Source of the DNA: Bacteroidales bacterium
GTDB lineage: Bacteria > Bacteroidota > Bacteroidia > Bacteroidales > NBLH01
Direction: 5' to 3'
Length of the DNA stretch: 64,000 nucleotides
NCBI GenBank assembly: GCA_050296515.1
Contig: JBNKRJ010000051.1
Span: forward strand, 51,192-115,191
The notes below the pieces were generated by a model. The model did no database searches. It had not been told where the DNA came from and saw only the letters and a program-made list of their open reading frames with translations. The position numbers and the translations under genes were made by a program. Numbering within the stretch: position 1 is the stretch's first letter; every line of letters begins with the position of its first letter. Shown piece by piece: positions 41,349 to 50,857 of the stretch.

Positions 41349-41903
41349 ATGAGTAAACAAATCCGCATAGCAAGTATATTTTCAAAAAAAAGAACATACA
41401 TTCATATAGCTTTAGGTATTATAACATATTACCTGATAAGTTATTTTCACATTTCTTTATGGTGGGTAGTTGGTGTAGGTTCAGCAACCGGGATTATTTT
41501 CGGAAAGATATTTTGTCGTTGGGTTTGCCCATTAGGTATTATGATGGAATTTATGATGAAGATGAACCCCAATGATTCATTAAAAAACATGTACCAATAC
41601 CATAAACTGGGCTGTCCGATAGCATGGATTTCAGGATTACTAAACAAAATTTCGCTTTTTAAGATTAAACTTAATCACAATACCTGCAAAAGCTGTGGCG
41701 CATGTGATAAAGCTTGCTATATGCCAACAATTGATTCTGAGAGGTTTAGCTTGTATAAAAAAGACAAAACGAATCCGGCAACAGCATACAGCTGCTCAAA
41801 ATGTTTGAAATGTGTATCAGCTTGTCCAAATGGCAGCTTAACTTTTAAGGTAGACACTTTAGCAATTGAAACTTATACAAATAAAAATAAAATAACACAA
41901 TAA
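41349..41903 (+). CDS. Membrane-bound 4Fe-4S binding protein (Fer4_5/NapH-like)
   Basis: TM helices; FCRWVCPLG, GCP, CKSCGACDKAC, CSKCLKCVSACP. Confidence 0.85.
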   Translation: MSKQIRIASIFSKKRTYIHIALGIITYYLISYFHISLWWVVGVGSATGIIFGKIFCRWVCPLGIMMEFMMKMNPNDSLKNMYQYHKLGCPIAWISGLLNKISLFKIKLNHNTCKSCGACDKACYMPTIDSERFSLYKKDKTNPATAYSCSKCLKCVSACPNGSLTFKVDTLAIETYTNKNKITQ

Positions 41904-41914
41904 TTAATAACAAA

Positions 41915-42337
41915 ATGGGAACAGCACTTTATATCATAATAGGAGTAATAGTAGCATTCATAGGCTTAATCATTTATAATTACAAGAAAATGAACAATAT
42001 GCCAGCTACTGAAGATCATGAGAACATAAAAACGTTGAATAACAAAAACTTCAAAAACCAGGTAAAATCAGGTGTGGTCATGGTAGACTTCTGGGCGCCC
42101 TGGTGTGGACCGTGTAAAATGGTTGCCCCTACTCTAAATAGTATTGCCGAAACAGAATCGGATAAAGTGAAAGTAGCAAAAGTGAACGTTGACAAAGAAC
42201 AACAAATTGCTCAGAAGTTTAAAATAAGAAATATACCAACCATGATTATTTTCAAAGATGGAAAAGAAGCTAAGAGAATAATTGGCGTTAAATCAAAAAA
42301 ATCTTTGATGAAAGAAGTGGAACTTCTATTGAACTAA
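41915..42337 (+). CDS. trxA: Thioredoxin with N-terminal membrane anchor
   Basis: DFWAPWCGPC, IPT; N-terminal TM. Confidence 0.88.
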   Translation: MGTALYIIIGVIVAFIGLIIYNYKKMNNMPATEDHENIKTLNNKNFKNQVKSGVVMVDFWAPWCGPCKMVAPTLNSIAETESDKVKVAKVNVDKEQQIAQKFKIRNIPTMIIFKDGKEAKRIIGVKSKKSLMKEVELLLN

Positions 42338-42564
42338 CTAAATATCAATAAAATAATAAATATTCTGTCTTTTAGCAAAAGTAACCAATCAATTATTCAT
42401 TTAATGACTTATGGTCAGAAGAAAGAATCTTTCCAGGCACCGGGGTCATTATTACTTCGGTCTTCGGCCTTTCGACACCGGGCTATTTGCAGAATTAATG
42501 TAAGTATTACAATAAACTACAACAGAATCAGATCAAATAATATTAACAAATAAAATAACTAAAA

Positions 42565-43095
42565 ATGAAAAATTTAATGCTTTTAACAATAATTGCAGTT
42601 CTTATTACAGGAACATATAGCTGCTCATCAACCAATTCTGAAGAAAAAAGCGCAAGCATAAGCAATGCATCAATGATTACAACAACAGATAATACAATTA
42701 TGGACGAGACAAAAACAATTGAAAAAACAACCTCGGGAAAAGTTGTTCATTTAACTACTCAGGAGTTTAAAGACAAAGTATTTAATTATGAAGCAAACAA
42801 AGAATGGAAATACAACGGTGATAAACCTGCAATTATTGATTTTTATGCCGACTGGTGTCGCCCATGTAAAATGGTTGCACCAATTCTGGAAGATTTGGCA
42901 AAAGAATACGAAAATGATATTGTTATATACAAAGTAGATACAGAGGCAGAACAGGAACTTGCTGCTGTATTTGGTATTAGAAGTATTCCGACTATTCTTT
43001 TTGTTCCGGTTGATGGACAACCACAAATGGCTCAGGGTGCTTTACCAAAAGAAAGTTTTAAAGAAGCCATTAACGATATTTTACTTAAAAAATAG
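42565..43095 (+). CDS. Thioredoxin, probable lipoprotein
   Basis: Signal peptide ending TYSC; DFYADWCRPC, SIPT. Confidence 0.88.
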   Translation: MKNLMLLTIIAVLITGTYSCSSTNSEEKSASISNASMITTTDNTIMDETKTIEKTTSGKVVHLTTQEFKDKVFNYEANKEWKYNGDKPAIIDFYADWCRPCKMVAPILEDLAKEYENDIVIYKVDTEAEQELAAVFGIRSIPTILFVPVDGQPQMAQGALPKESFKEAINDILLKK

Positions 43096-43368
43096 ATGTT
43101 TACGATGCTGGAAAAACTAAAAAAGCAACTAGCTTTGGATAATTCAGACCGATCTTTTTTTCAGAAAGTCTGGGATAATAAAATCTATCGAATATCACTG
43201 GGAGCAATGGCAGGTGGAGTTTTAGGAATTTTATACTGGAAATACATTGGGTGTAATACAGGCAGCTGTCCGCTTACATCCAACCCGATTCAGTCAGTAT
43301 TGCTATTTGGCTTTTTAGGAGGTTTTCTGGCGAAAGACAAAAAAGAAGTAAAAAAAGAGACAGAATAG
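43096..43368 (+). CDS. DUF6132-like small membrane protein
   Basis: GGVLGILYWKYIGCNTGSCPLTSNP. Confidence 0.75.
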   Translation: MFTMLEKLKKQLALDNSDRSFFQKVWDNKIYRISLGAMAGGVLGILYWKYIGCNTGSCPLTSNPIQSVLLFGFLGGFLAKDKKEVKKETE

Positions 43369-43475
43369 TTAAGAAAAGAATTCATTCAAAGTCTTTAGCT
43401 AAGGCTTGTGCTAAAAAAGGAGGTCATTGGTCATTTATTGCAGTTTTCAATGACAAACTTAAGGCTCTTTAGCGT

Positions 43476-44366
43476 CTACAAATTTCTATTCGTTTCGGAT
43501 AAATAAGAATGTAAATTCTCCAATCCCAAAAGGGGAATAGAAGAAGAATAAAACTTTAATAATTTTAACTGCTTTAATGATTCATTTTCAAGCAGGAAAC
43601 TTTTCGAAGTGTCTAATTTATTAAGAATTAAATGACTTATAAACAATTCGATATCTCTGATTTTTTTAATTGTTCTTTCAGCTTCGTTTAAAGATAATTT
43701 TTCTGGATTTGCAACTAGATTAATCGCAGTACTTTCTGCAGAAAAAAGGGCTTGAAACTTACGGTAAGTATTCATCAATTTTGATAATTGAGAAAGTACT
43801 TTATCAGTTTCAAGTTCTTTTTTTCCAACCTTTAATTGCGAAATAATTTCTCTCTTTTTATTAATTGCCTTTCTTAATTCAAATAACTGTTCGAGCCATT
43901 TTAAGCTTATTGCAGGCAGGGCAAAAAAGCGCAAACTTAAGGCGGTTGGCGGCATGTCAATAATTATTAACTCAGCTTTAAAATTATTTAAATAATACTC
44001 CAAAGCCATTAGCATCGCAAATTCCTCAACTGTTGGAGAATATTTAAAAAGCTTAAAATAGTTTTTAATACTGAAAGCCTGTTGATAGCTATAGTTTGCC
44101 TGGATTTTTTCTTCAGATTCTTTCAAGTATTTTTTTATCCACTTATCGATATCAGGCTCAGCAATGCGCAGATTTTCTGTCACAATAACTGGTGTATCGG
44201 ATAATTCTGTCTCAAAAATATCTTGCTGATTATGAGCAGGATCCAATGAAACAAGAAACGTTTCAGTACCCGATTTAGAAGATTGCAATGCCTGTAAAGC
44301 AGAAATGGTGGACTTTCCTACTCCACCTTTGCCGATGTAAAATTGTATTTCATTATAATTGTGCAC
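43476..44366 (-). CDS. ArsA/Get3-family ATPase (single domain)
   Basis: GKGGVGKST, SLDPAH, DMPPTA, NPEKLSLNE. Confidence 0.88.
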   Translation of the reverse strand: MHNYNEIQFYIGKGGVGKSTISALQALQSSKSGTETFLVSLDPAHNQQDIFETELSDTPVIVTENLRIAEPDIDKWIKKYLKESEEKIQANYSYQQAFSIKNYFKLFKYSPTVEEFAMLMALEYYLNNFKAELIIIDMPPTALSLRFFALPAISLKWLEQLFELRKAINKKREIISQLKVGKKELETDKVLSQLSKLMNTYRKFQALFSAESTAINLVANPEKLSLNEAERTIKKIRDIELFISHLILNKLDTSKSFLLENESLKQLKLLKFYSSSIPLLGLENLHSYLSETNRNL

Positions 44367-44458
44367 TGATCTTTATTTATTATTATGATTCAAATAAAAT
44401 GCAGATGATTCCGATTTTACAGATTTTTCTTCATGCTTCATTCTTCCCTCTTCCAACT

Positions 44459-44728
44459 TTACCCGATATCGAAACTTGAGAACATTTCACTCAATGGATT
44501 TCTGGATAAATCAAGCCTTTCCATCATAATTTTAAGGTCTTCTTCCATTTCAGGTAAAAGCTCTGTAGTAATATGAATTGGTGGAGAAGGATATCCCAAA
44601 AAAGAACCACAAACCAGCAATGCAAATGTATTTCGTAGCTCTTCTTCTTCCCATTGATGGGCTTCTATTGCTTTTGATCTATTAGCTTTATCAATTGCCT
44701 GAAGAATATTTTTTAGTTTTTTAAACAA
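44459..44728 (-). CDS. Small protein of the type found between cstA and arsA (cory-CC-star-like)
   Basis: EEELRNTFALLV.GSFLG.PSPP...ELLPEME; directly upstream of ArsA. Confidence 0.6.
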   Translation of the reverse strand: MFKKLKNILQAIDKANRSKAIEAHQWEEEELRNTFALLVCGSFLGYPSPPIHITTELLPEMEEDLKIMMERLDLSRNPLSEMFSSFDIG

Positions 44729-44777
44729 TTGTATACTGATTTTTTATGATGATTATGATTTTAAATCATGAATTTAA

Positions 44778-45050
44778 TTACCATGAAAACCCATTACCCT
44801 CCCTTTTTATCAAAAGTTTCTCTTTTAATTTAATTTCTTTTTCTTTCTCTAACAGTAATTCTTCCTGTAGTTCTAGTTCATTTTCAGTTCTTTGTTCAGA
44901 TTTTTCATATTTTATTTCTTCTTTTAAAGAACGGATTTCTCTGTTTAATCGAAAAATGTATGACAGATATTCACGATTGAAAATCGCCATTATGAAACCT
45001 AAGATGACCAATAGCAAAAGTCCGTAAAGCAAGTATAAATTATCGATCAT
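44778..45050 (-). CDS. Small hypothetical protein (TM + coiled coil); likely start 45050
   Basis: MIDNLYLLYGLLLLVILGFIMAIF then E/K-rich helix; overlaps the upstream ORF stop. Confidence 0.5.
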   Translation of the reverse strand: MIDNLYLLYGLLLLVILGFIMAIFNREYLSYIFRLNREIRSLKEEIKYEKSEQRTENELELQEELLLEKEKEIKLKEKLLIKREGNGFSW

Positions 45051-45261
45051 TTTCCTTCTCTCCAAGCATTTCTTCCAATTTACTAATTCTATCCTTAACA
45101 ACTTCTGTCTTTTCTAACATCAATTCAATCTTCTTCTTCTTTTCCATAAGAAACCGCTCCTTTTCTCTTTTTAAAGCTTTAATCCTGGCAACTTTCCAAT
45201 TAAAGTTGAATAAACTTACAACCAGAAGCAATAATATTACAATAACAATCCCCACAACCAT
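45040..45261 (-). CDS. Small hypothetical protein (TM + coiled coil)
   Basis: MVVGIVIVILLLLVVSLF then basic/acidic helix. Confidence 0.5.
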   Translation of the reverse strand: MVVGIVIVILLLLVVSLFNFNWKVARIKALKREKERFLMEKKKKIELMLEKTEVVKDRISKLEEMLGEKENDR

Positions 45262-45273
45262 TTAAAATCTACC

Positions 45274-45609
45274 TTAACACTGAGCGCAACTAATACAAAA
45301 CCTACTGTGTGGCACTAACAATATCCGCCCCAGCGGAATTGGCTGCCTGCATTTTGTACAAAGTCCAAAATCATCGCTTTCAATTTGCGACAAAGTATGT
45401 TTTAAACCATTCAGTTTCATCTCAGCTTGTCGAAGTGCTGCTTCTGCAACACTCTTATTATTAATCGCATCCATTCTTGATATCCTGCCAATGGCATTTT
45501 CAGGTTCAACAGGCCTAGTAAGTTCTTTGTATTCTGCAACAAGACTTTCCGTTCTTTCAATCTCCTTGAGTATTTTAAATTTAATTTCTTCTTTATCAAT
45601 ACCATCCAT
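45274..45609 (-). CDS. TraR/DksA C4-type zinc finger protein
   Basis: AIGRISRMDAI; FGLCTKC..PIP.GR....PHSRFCISC. Confidence 0.88.
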   Translation of the reverse strand: MDGIDKEEIKFKILKEIERTESLVAEYKELTRPVEPENAIGRISRMDAINNKSVAEAALRQAEMKLNGLKHTLSQIESDDFGLCTKCRQPIPLGRILLVPHSRFCISCAQC

Positions 45610-45751
45610 AATTCTAAATTAGAAATCTCATAAAAGCACCTTTTTCAAAAGGCTTTGCTAAGTTAACAATTCTTAAATCATCGTTAAAAAATTATAAACG
45701 AATAATTTAGGTATAAATAATCTTTTATATTTGCGTAAACAAAATTCGAAA

Positions 45752-46225
45752 TTGAAAAACTACCTCAAAAATAAACTACTCCATCCAATACTTGATTTAC
45801 TAAAACAGGGCATGTCGCCCGAAAAAATTTCATTAACTATTACCCTGGGAATTATTATTGGTATTATGCCATTTTTAGTAATTGGTAGTTATATATTACT
45901 TGCACTTGCTATTATCCTTAGGCTTAACATACCTGCCACCCAAATTGTCTGCCATGCGGTAATTGTAGTCAAAATTGCTTTATTTGTTCCCTTCTTAAAA
46001 ATGGGTCAAGCCATTTTTAGTGTTCCTCAACTTCCTTATGAAACCAACGAAATTTTAAGTCATTTAAAAACTGAATTCTGGAATACCTTTTCAGTAGTTT
46101 GGCAGGTAAGTTTGTCGGGAATACTAGCATGGCTTATTATCTCAATTCCATTAGGTTATATAATTTACAGGTCTTCAATTTTCTTTTTCGCAAGAAAGCA
46201 AATTAAACTTCTTGTTAGAGCTTAG
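45752..46225 (+). CDS. DUF2062 membrane protein (paralog 1; likely TTG start 45752)
   Basis: KQGMSPEKISL...G...G..P...RLNIPA...VPF; TATATTTGC -7 element just upstream. Confidence 0.75.
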   Translation: MKNYLKNKLLHPILDLLKQGMSPEKISLTITLGIIIGIMPFLVIGSYILLALAIILRLNIPATQIVCHAVIVVKIALFVPFLKMGQAIFSVPQLPYETNEILSHLKTEFWNTFSVVWQVSLSGILAWLIISIPLGYIIYRSSIFFFARKQIKLLVRA

Positions 46226-46305
46226 TAATAATCCCTTGGAGACATTAAACTATCACTATTTATAGACTTTGCAAAAAAGGATGTATAATCAGCATTTTAA
46301 TAGAA

Positions 46306-46357
46306 GTCATTGGACATTAGTCATTTGTAATTACCAGTGACTTAATGACTAATGTCC
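46306..46357. repeat. GTCATTG-type heptamer fold-back repeat
   Basis: GTCATTG GACATTA GTCATTT GTAATTA; GGACATTAGTCATT (46312-46325) pairs perfectly with AATGACTAATGTCC (46344-46357). Confidence 0.75.
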
Positions 46358-46743
46358 TGTTAAGATCCATTCATTCTAAGAAATACTAATAATTTCCAAA
46401 TTAACAAATCCCGAAACGGTAAAGTATAATTTCAACTTTTTTACTAATGATGTAGTAATGTTGAGGCTGCTATCATTGAATATATATCTAACCGCTTGAA
46501 AAAGACTTTCTTTTGAAGTAAACATGATGTAGTTGAAATTTTGTCCCCCTCTTTTTGTATAAATAATTTTGCATGGTGTAGGAAATTAAAAAATCAAACC
46601 AAAATTTTATTTTTTATTCACCTAATAATCAAATACTTCACATAAAGTTGACCATCGGGGTCTTTAACATTCTAATCAAAACGGATATGATGTATAACAC
46701 TATCATACAACTCTCTTTAATATTAATTATAAAAAACCAACAC

Positions 46744-49700
46744 ATGGAAACAAAAACTCTTCAAAAAATCCTGAAGCAGGCTTTGCTTTTGGTAATTTTA
46801 TCAACAAACCTAACAATTCTAAAAGCCCAGGTGGGCAATGTAATCTGGGAGGAAAATTTCAACACACTTAACACTGATATCTGGACACCCAACGTTGGAG
46901 ATGGCTGTGCTATTGGCTTATGCGGTTGGGGAAATGCAGAACTAGAGTATTATAATACTGATAATGTTTACATTGCGGACATTCCTGGGGAATCAGGAAA
47001 CAAAGCACTGGTGCTGGAAGCCAGAAATCAAACCATGGGTTCTGCATCCTTCACTTCAGGGAAAGTAGATACCGAAGGCAAATTGTCTATTCAATATGGA
47101 CTAATAGAAATTAGAATGAAAGTTCCGAACCTTGAAACTGGTTTATGGCCTGCTGCGTGGCTTTTAGGAACGGTAAATTCAGGATGGCCTGCGAAAGGCG
47201 AAATAGACATGATGGAAATGGGACATAATTTGACTGAAAGGATCAGACAAGGATATCCTTCATCTACAGTCAACAATTATGTAGGTGCCAATGCCATCTG
47301 GCAAAACTCTGCTGATGGAGGTGTTGCAAGCATTGCCTGGGATGTAGATTATGATCTGCCTTATGTTTCCAACACTCCGCTAAATGACAGGTTTGTAACC
47401 TATCGCCTATATTGGGAACCAACACAAATGCGTTACACAGTGGTGGACAATGGCGTTGAATACGATCTTTACACTAATCCATTTCCTCTTGATTCTGAAG
47501 GTGATACAAAAACATTTCAGCGTCCTTTTTATATGCTTTTAAACCTGGCTGTGGGCGGAAATTTTACAGATGCTGCAAATGCTAGTCAGGTAACAGCACC
47601 AATGCCAGCAAAAATGTATATTGATTATGTTCGTGTTTCGGAATGGAATGGTTACGGAAATGTTGAATTTGATGATAGCCAGTTAACTGCTGAATCAGGC
47701 GTATTTGGCGTTCTTACTGATAATACCCCCGCGAATAACGAATTGGACTTTGGAAACGATGCAGCTATTTATGTTTGGGGAGGTACTATGCAGGAAGGCA
47801 GTACTCTGGCTTACGAAGGAAGCAATGTTGTTGCCTGGGAAACAACTACTCCAAACAGCTGGTTTGGTGGAGGCATTGTTTCCTTATTTGGGAAAAACAT
47901 GTCGAATTTCGTTGATGAAGGTAAACTTAAATTTAAGATTAAAATTCCGGCAGATGTTTCGTTTAAAATTGGTGTAACTGATAATTATACCAACGAAAAA
48001 TATGTAGATTTTCCAGCAGGACAAACGAAATACGGTCTGGTACGTAATGGAGACTGGGGACAGGTTGAAATTCCAATAGCTGATTTTTCAGGTTTAATTG
48101 CATTCCAGGACATGAATTACCTATTTGCAATTGTTAGCGATGCTGCAAATCTTCCGTCCTCAACTTTTCAGCTGGCAATTGATGATATTATTTGGGACGA
48201 TGGAAATGAAACAACAATTATTCCCGTAACCGGAGTAACCGTTTCACCAACAAGTAAAACACTTAAAGTTGATGAAAATCAACAACTAACAGCTACAGTA
48301 TTGCCATCAAATGCAAGCAATAAAAACATCAGCTGGAGTACCAGCAATGCTTCAATCGCCTCAGTAAGTTCAACAGGCTTGGTAACTGCTCAAAGTGTTG
48401 GTAGAGCTACAATCACTGTCACCACTGAAGATGGAAACTTTACAGCGACCAGTTTAATAACTGTTGAGGCAGATAATTCACTACCTTCACCATGGGAAAC
48501 TGGTGATATTGGAAGTGTAGGAGCTGTTGGATCTGCCACTTACAGCAATGGAACTTTCACTTTAGAAGGCTCAGGTGCCGATATTTGGGGGACAAGTGAT
48601 GAATTCAGGTATGTTTATCAACCCATTGATGGGGATGTGGTTATAACTGCCAAAGTCAACTCATTAAGCAATACCGATGCCTGGGCAAAAACAGGTGTGA
48701 TGATAAGAGAAAACCTGAATAACAACTCAAAACATGCTATGACAGTGGTAACTGCTGGAAACGGAACAGCTTTTCAACGAAGGGAAGCAACAGGTGGTTC
48801 AAGTGCTCATAATACAGGACCCTCAACTTCAGCACCTTATTGGGTAAAATTAGAACGCTCTGGTGATACTTTTACAAGCTCTGTTTCGTCTGATGGGACT
48901 AACTGGTCAACAATTGGTTCAAGTTCACTCACCATGTCAGCAACAGTTTATGTAGGATTAGCAACCACATCTCATAACGATGGTACAATTTGCACAGCTC
49001 AAATCAGCGATGTGGCGATAAATACCAGCAATGTTAACTATGCCGCAATTCCAGGTACCATTCAGGCAGAAGATTATACAGACATGTTTGGCATTCAAAC
49101 AGAAGCAACAACAGACACAGGTGGTGGATTAAATGTAGGTTGGATTGATGAGGGTGATTGGTTAGATTTTGCTGTAGATGTTTCATCAACAGGTAATTAC
49201 TTACTTAAATTAAGAGGTGCAACTCCAAATGGCCCAGACGTTTGTACTATTTTAATTGATAATAATACTGTTAGCAGCATTGACATTGATAACACTGAAG
49301 GCTGGCAGAAATGGCAAACTTTTGAAACAACCGTTTCGTTAACTGAAGGAACTCATACCTTGCGTTTATCTGCTGCTACAACAGGATTTAATATAAACCG
49401 GGTAGAGTTTACTCTTAACAACCAAAGCAATAATTGTTCTGTTGTTGGTGCTACCGGCGATTATACTGCAGAAATTTCAAACGATGCTTCGAACCCAACA
49501 ATTACTTTTGTTCCGAAAAGATCAGGTGTTGGCTCATCGGTATGCATCTTGTATTATGGAACCAGTGCTGCTGGTGATTTACCAGGTTATAATGTAACCC
49601 CAAATGTGCCTTACGAAATTAGCGCTCAAAACGGAGAGCATATTTACTTTTATTACACTTATTCATTGCCTGAAGGTGGGGAAAACAATACAGCTGGAAC

Positions 49701-50028
49701 AAGAAATGACTTTACAGTAGGTAATTGCAGTTCTTTAAAATCAGCTATGGCAGGAACAACTGAGACTGAAAATTTGGATAATGAATCATTTTCAGCCAAA
49801 AATTTGGTCCTTTATCCAAACCCTGCTAAAAAAGAGTTAAATATCAATGGAATTGAAGATGTTAAAGAGCTGGTTATTTACACTTTATCCGGCAGTAAAA
49901 TGCTTGAGAAAAAAGTAAAAGAAACAAACAAAACATCTATTAACATTGAGCATTTAAGTAAAGGAATTTACATATTAAAAGCAGTTGGTAAAAACTCAGT
50001 AAAAACTACACTTTTTGTTAAAGAATAG
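46744..50028 (+). CDS. T9SS-secreted multimodular GH16 beta-1,3-glucanase (GH16 - CBM-like - Big_2 - ConA/DUF1349-like - CBM6 - CBM56-like - CTD)
   Basis: Signal peptide; WPAAW and GEIDMME catalytic motif; VTGVTVSP (Big_2); IQAEDY...GWIDEGDW (CBM6); LYPNPAK...LSKGIYIL (T9SS type A CTD). Confidence 0.88.
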   Translation: METKTLQKILKQALLLVILSTNLTILKAQVGNVIWEENFNTLNTDIWTPNVGDGCAIGLCGWGNAELEYYNTDNVYIADIPGESGNKALVLEARNQTMGSASFTSGKVDTEGKLSIQYGLIEIRMKVPNLETGLWPAAWLLGTVNSGWPAKGEIDMMEMGHNLTERIRQGYPSSTVNNYVGANAIWQNSADGGVASIAWDVDYDLPYVSNTPLNDRFVTYRLYWEPTQMRYTVVDNGVEYDLYTNPFPLDSEGDTKTFQRPFYMLLNLAVGGNFTDAANASQVTAPMPAKMYIDYVRVSEWNGYGNVEFDDSQLTAESGVFGVLTDNTPANNELDFGNDAAIYVWGGTMQEGSTLAYEGSNVVAWETTTPNSWFGGGIVSLFGKNMSNFVDEGKLKFKIKIPADVSFKIGVTDNYTNEKYVDFPAGQTKYGLVRNGDWGQVEIPIADFSGLIAFQDMNYLFAIVSDAANLPSSTFQLAIDDIIWDDGNETTIIPVTGVTVSPTSKTLKVDENQQLTATVLPSNASNKNISWSTSNASIASVSSTGLVTAQSVGRATITVTTEDGNFTATSLITVEADNSLPSPWETGDIGSVGAVGSATYSNGTFTLEGSGADIWGTSDEFRYVYQPIDGDVVITAKVNSLSNTDAWAKTGVMIRENLNNNSKHAMTVVTAGNGTAFQRREATGGSSAHNTGPSTSAPYWVKLERSGDTFTSSVSSDGTNWSTIGSSSLTMSATVYVGLATTSHNDGTICTAQISDVAINTSNVNYAAIPGTIQAEDYTDMFGIQTEATTDTGGGLNVGWIDEGDWLDFAVDVSSTGNYLLKLRGATPNGPDVCTILIDNNTVSSIDIDNTEGWQKWQTFETTVSLTEGTHTLRLSAATTGFNINRVEFTLNNQSNNCSVVGATGDYTAEISNDASNPTITFVPKRSGVGSSVCILYYGTSAAGDLPGYNVTPNVPYEISAQNGEHIYFYYTYSLPEGGENNTAGTRNDFTVGNCSSLKSAMAGTTETENLDNESFSAKNLVLYPNPAKKELNINGIEDVKELVIYTLSGSKMLEKKVKETNKTSINIEHLSKGIYILKAVGKNSVKTTLFVKE

Positions 50029-50039
50029 TCTCTAAAAAT

Positions 50040-50061
50040 CTGGAAGCCTTTGGGCTTCCAG
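50040..50061 (+). terminator. Hairpin downstream of the GH16 gene
   Basis: CTGGAAGCC-TTTG-GGCTTCCAG. Confidence 0.6.
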
Positions 50062-50184
50062 CTTCTCAATTAACCTGTTGGAATGTTAAGAATCATTAAG
50101 TCCCGGTTAAAAAAACATAATGAATATTCGAAAGTGTGACAACAATAAATTTTTTATGTTATATTCGCACAAAATCTTGAACAA

Positions 50185-50661
50185 CTGAAGAAGTATTTTA
50201 AAAATAAGATAATGCAACCACTGCTTGGCTTTCTAAGCCAGGGAATGTCGCCTCACAAATTAGCACTTACTTTAGCATTTGGAATTGTTTTTGGAATTAT
50301 TCCATTTTTTGGAATAAGCACCTATCTTCTTATTGTAATTGCAATCATATTTAAGCTGAACATTCCTGCAATTCAACTAGTTAACTATGCAGCTTATGTT
50401 ATCCAGATAACATTATTTGTGCCTTTTTTAAAGTCTGGCCAATATTTATTTGGCGGACACGAACTTCCTTTTGATATAAGCAATATAATTGAAATGTTAC
50501 AAGAGCACTTCTGGAAAACAATAGAAGCCATTTGGGAAATTAATTTAATGGGCATAGCAATGTGGGCAATTATTGCTATACCCGGAGGGCTTGGGATTTA
50601 CTATTTATCAAGACCATTTTTTGTAAAACAACAACTTAAGCTTCAACCAAAACTTGCCTAA
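50185..50661 (+). CDS. DUF2062 membrane protein (paralog 2; ATG 50212, or CTG 50185 by homology)
   Basis: SQGMSPHKLAL...KLNIPAIQ...VPFLK; aligns end to end with paralog 1. Confidence 0.78.
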   Translation: MKKYFKNKIMQPLLGFLSQGMSPHKLALTLAFGIVFGIIPFFGISTYLLIVIAIIFKLNIPAIQLVNYAAYVIQITLFVPFLKSGQYLFGGHELPFDISNIIEMLQEHFWKTIEAIWEINLMGIAMWAIIAIPGGLGIYYLSRPFFVKQQLKLQPKLA

Positions 50662-50857
50662 TAAAACTTATAATAAGCAGCATTTAAAACTATAACACCT
50701 GCATCTTTTCCAAAGTGCCCTTAATTTTCAAACAACATAATTTTACAGCAGGATAAAATATTCATCACCTTGCTTATTTTCATATAATTTAATACTTTAG
50801 TTATTCTAGGCTTTAGTCAAAACTAACTCAACTATTTTAACTTTTTGGGAAACAAAT

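Noticed and set aside
43476..44366. ArsA as an arsenic resistance determinant
   Set aside because: Single domain, no cysteines for metalloid binding, and no arsB/acr3/arsC/arsR nearby.
46648..46743. ORF-track upstream starts for GH16 (46648), ricT (17873), DUF2062 (45731) and the PP2C gene (31114)
   Set aside because: Downstream ATG/TTG codons give better signal peptides or family N-termini, and the ricT and DUF2062 extensions overlap apparent -7 promoter motifs.
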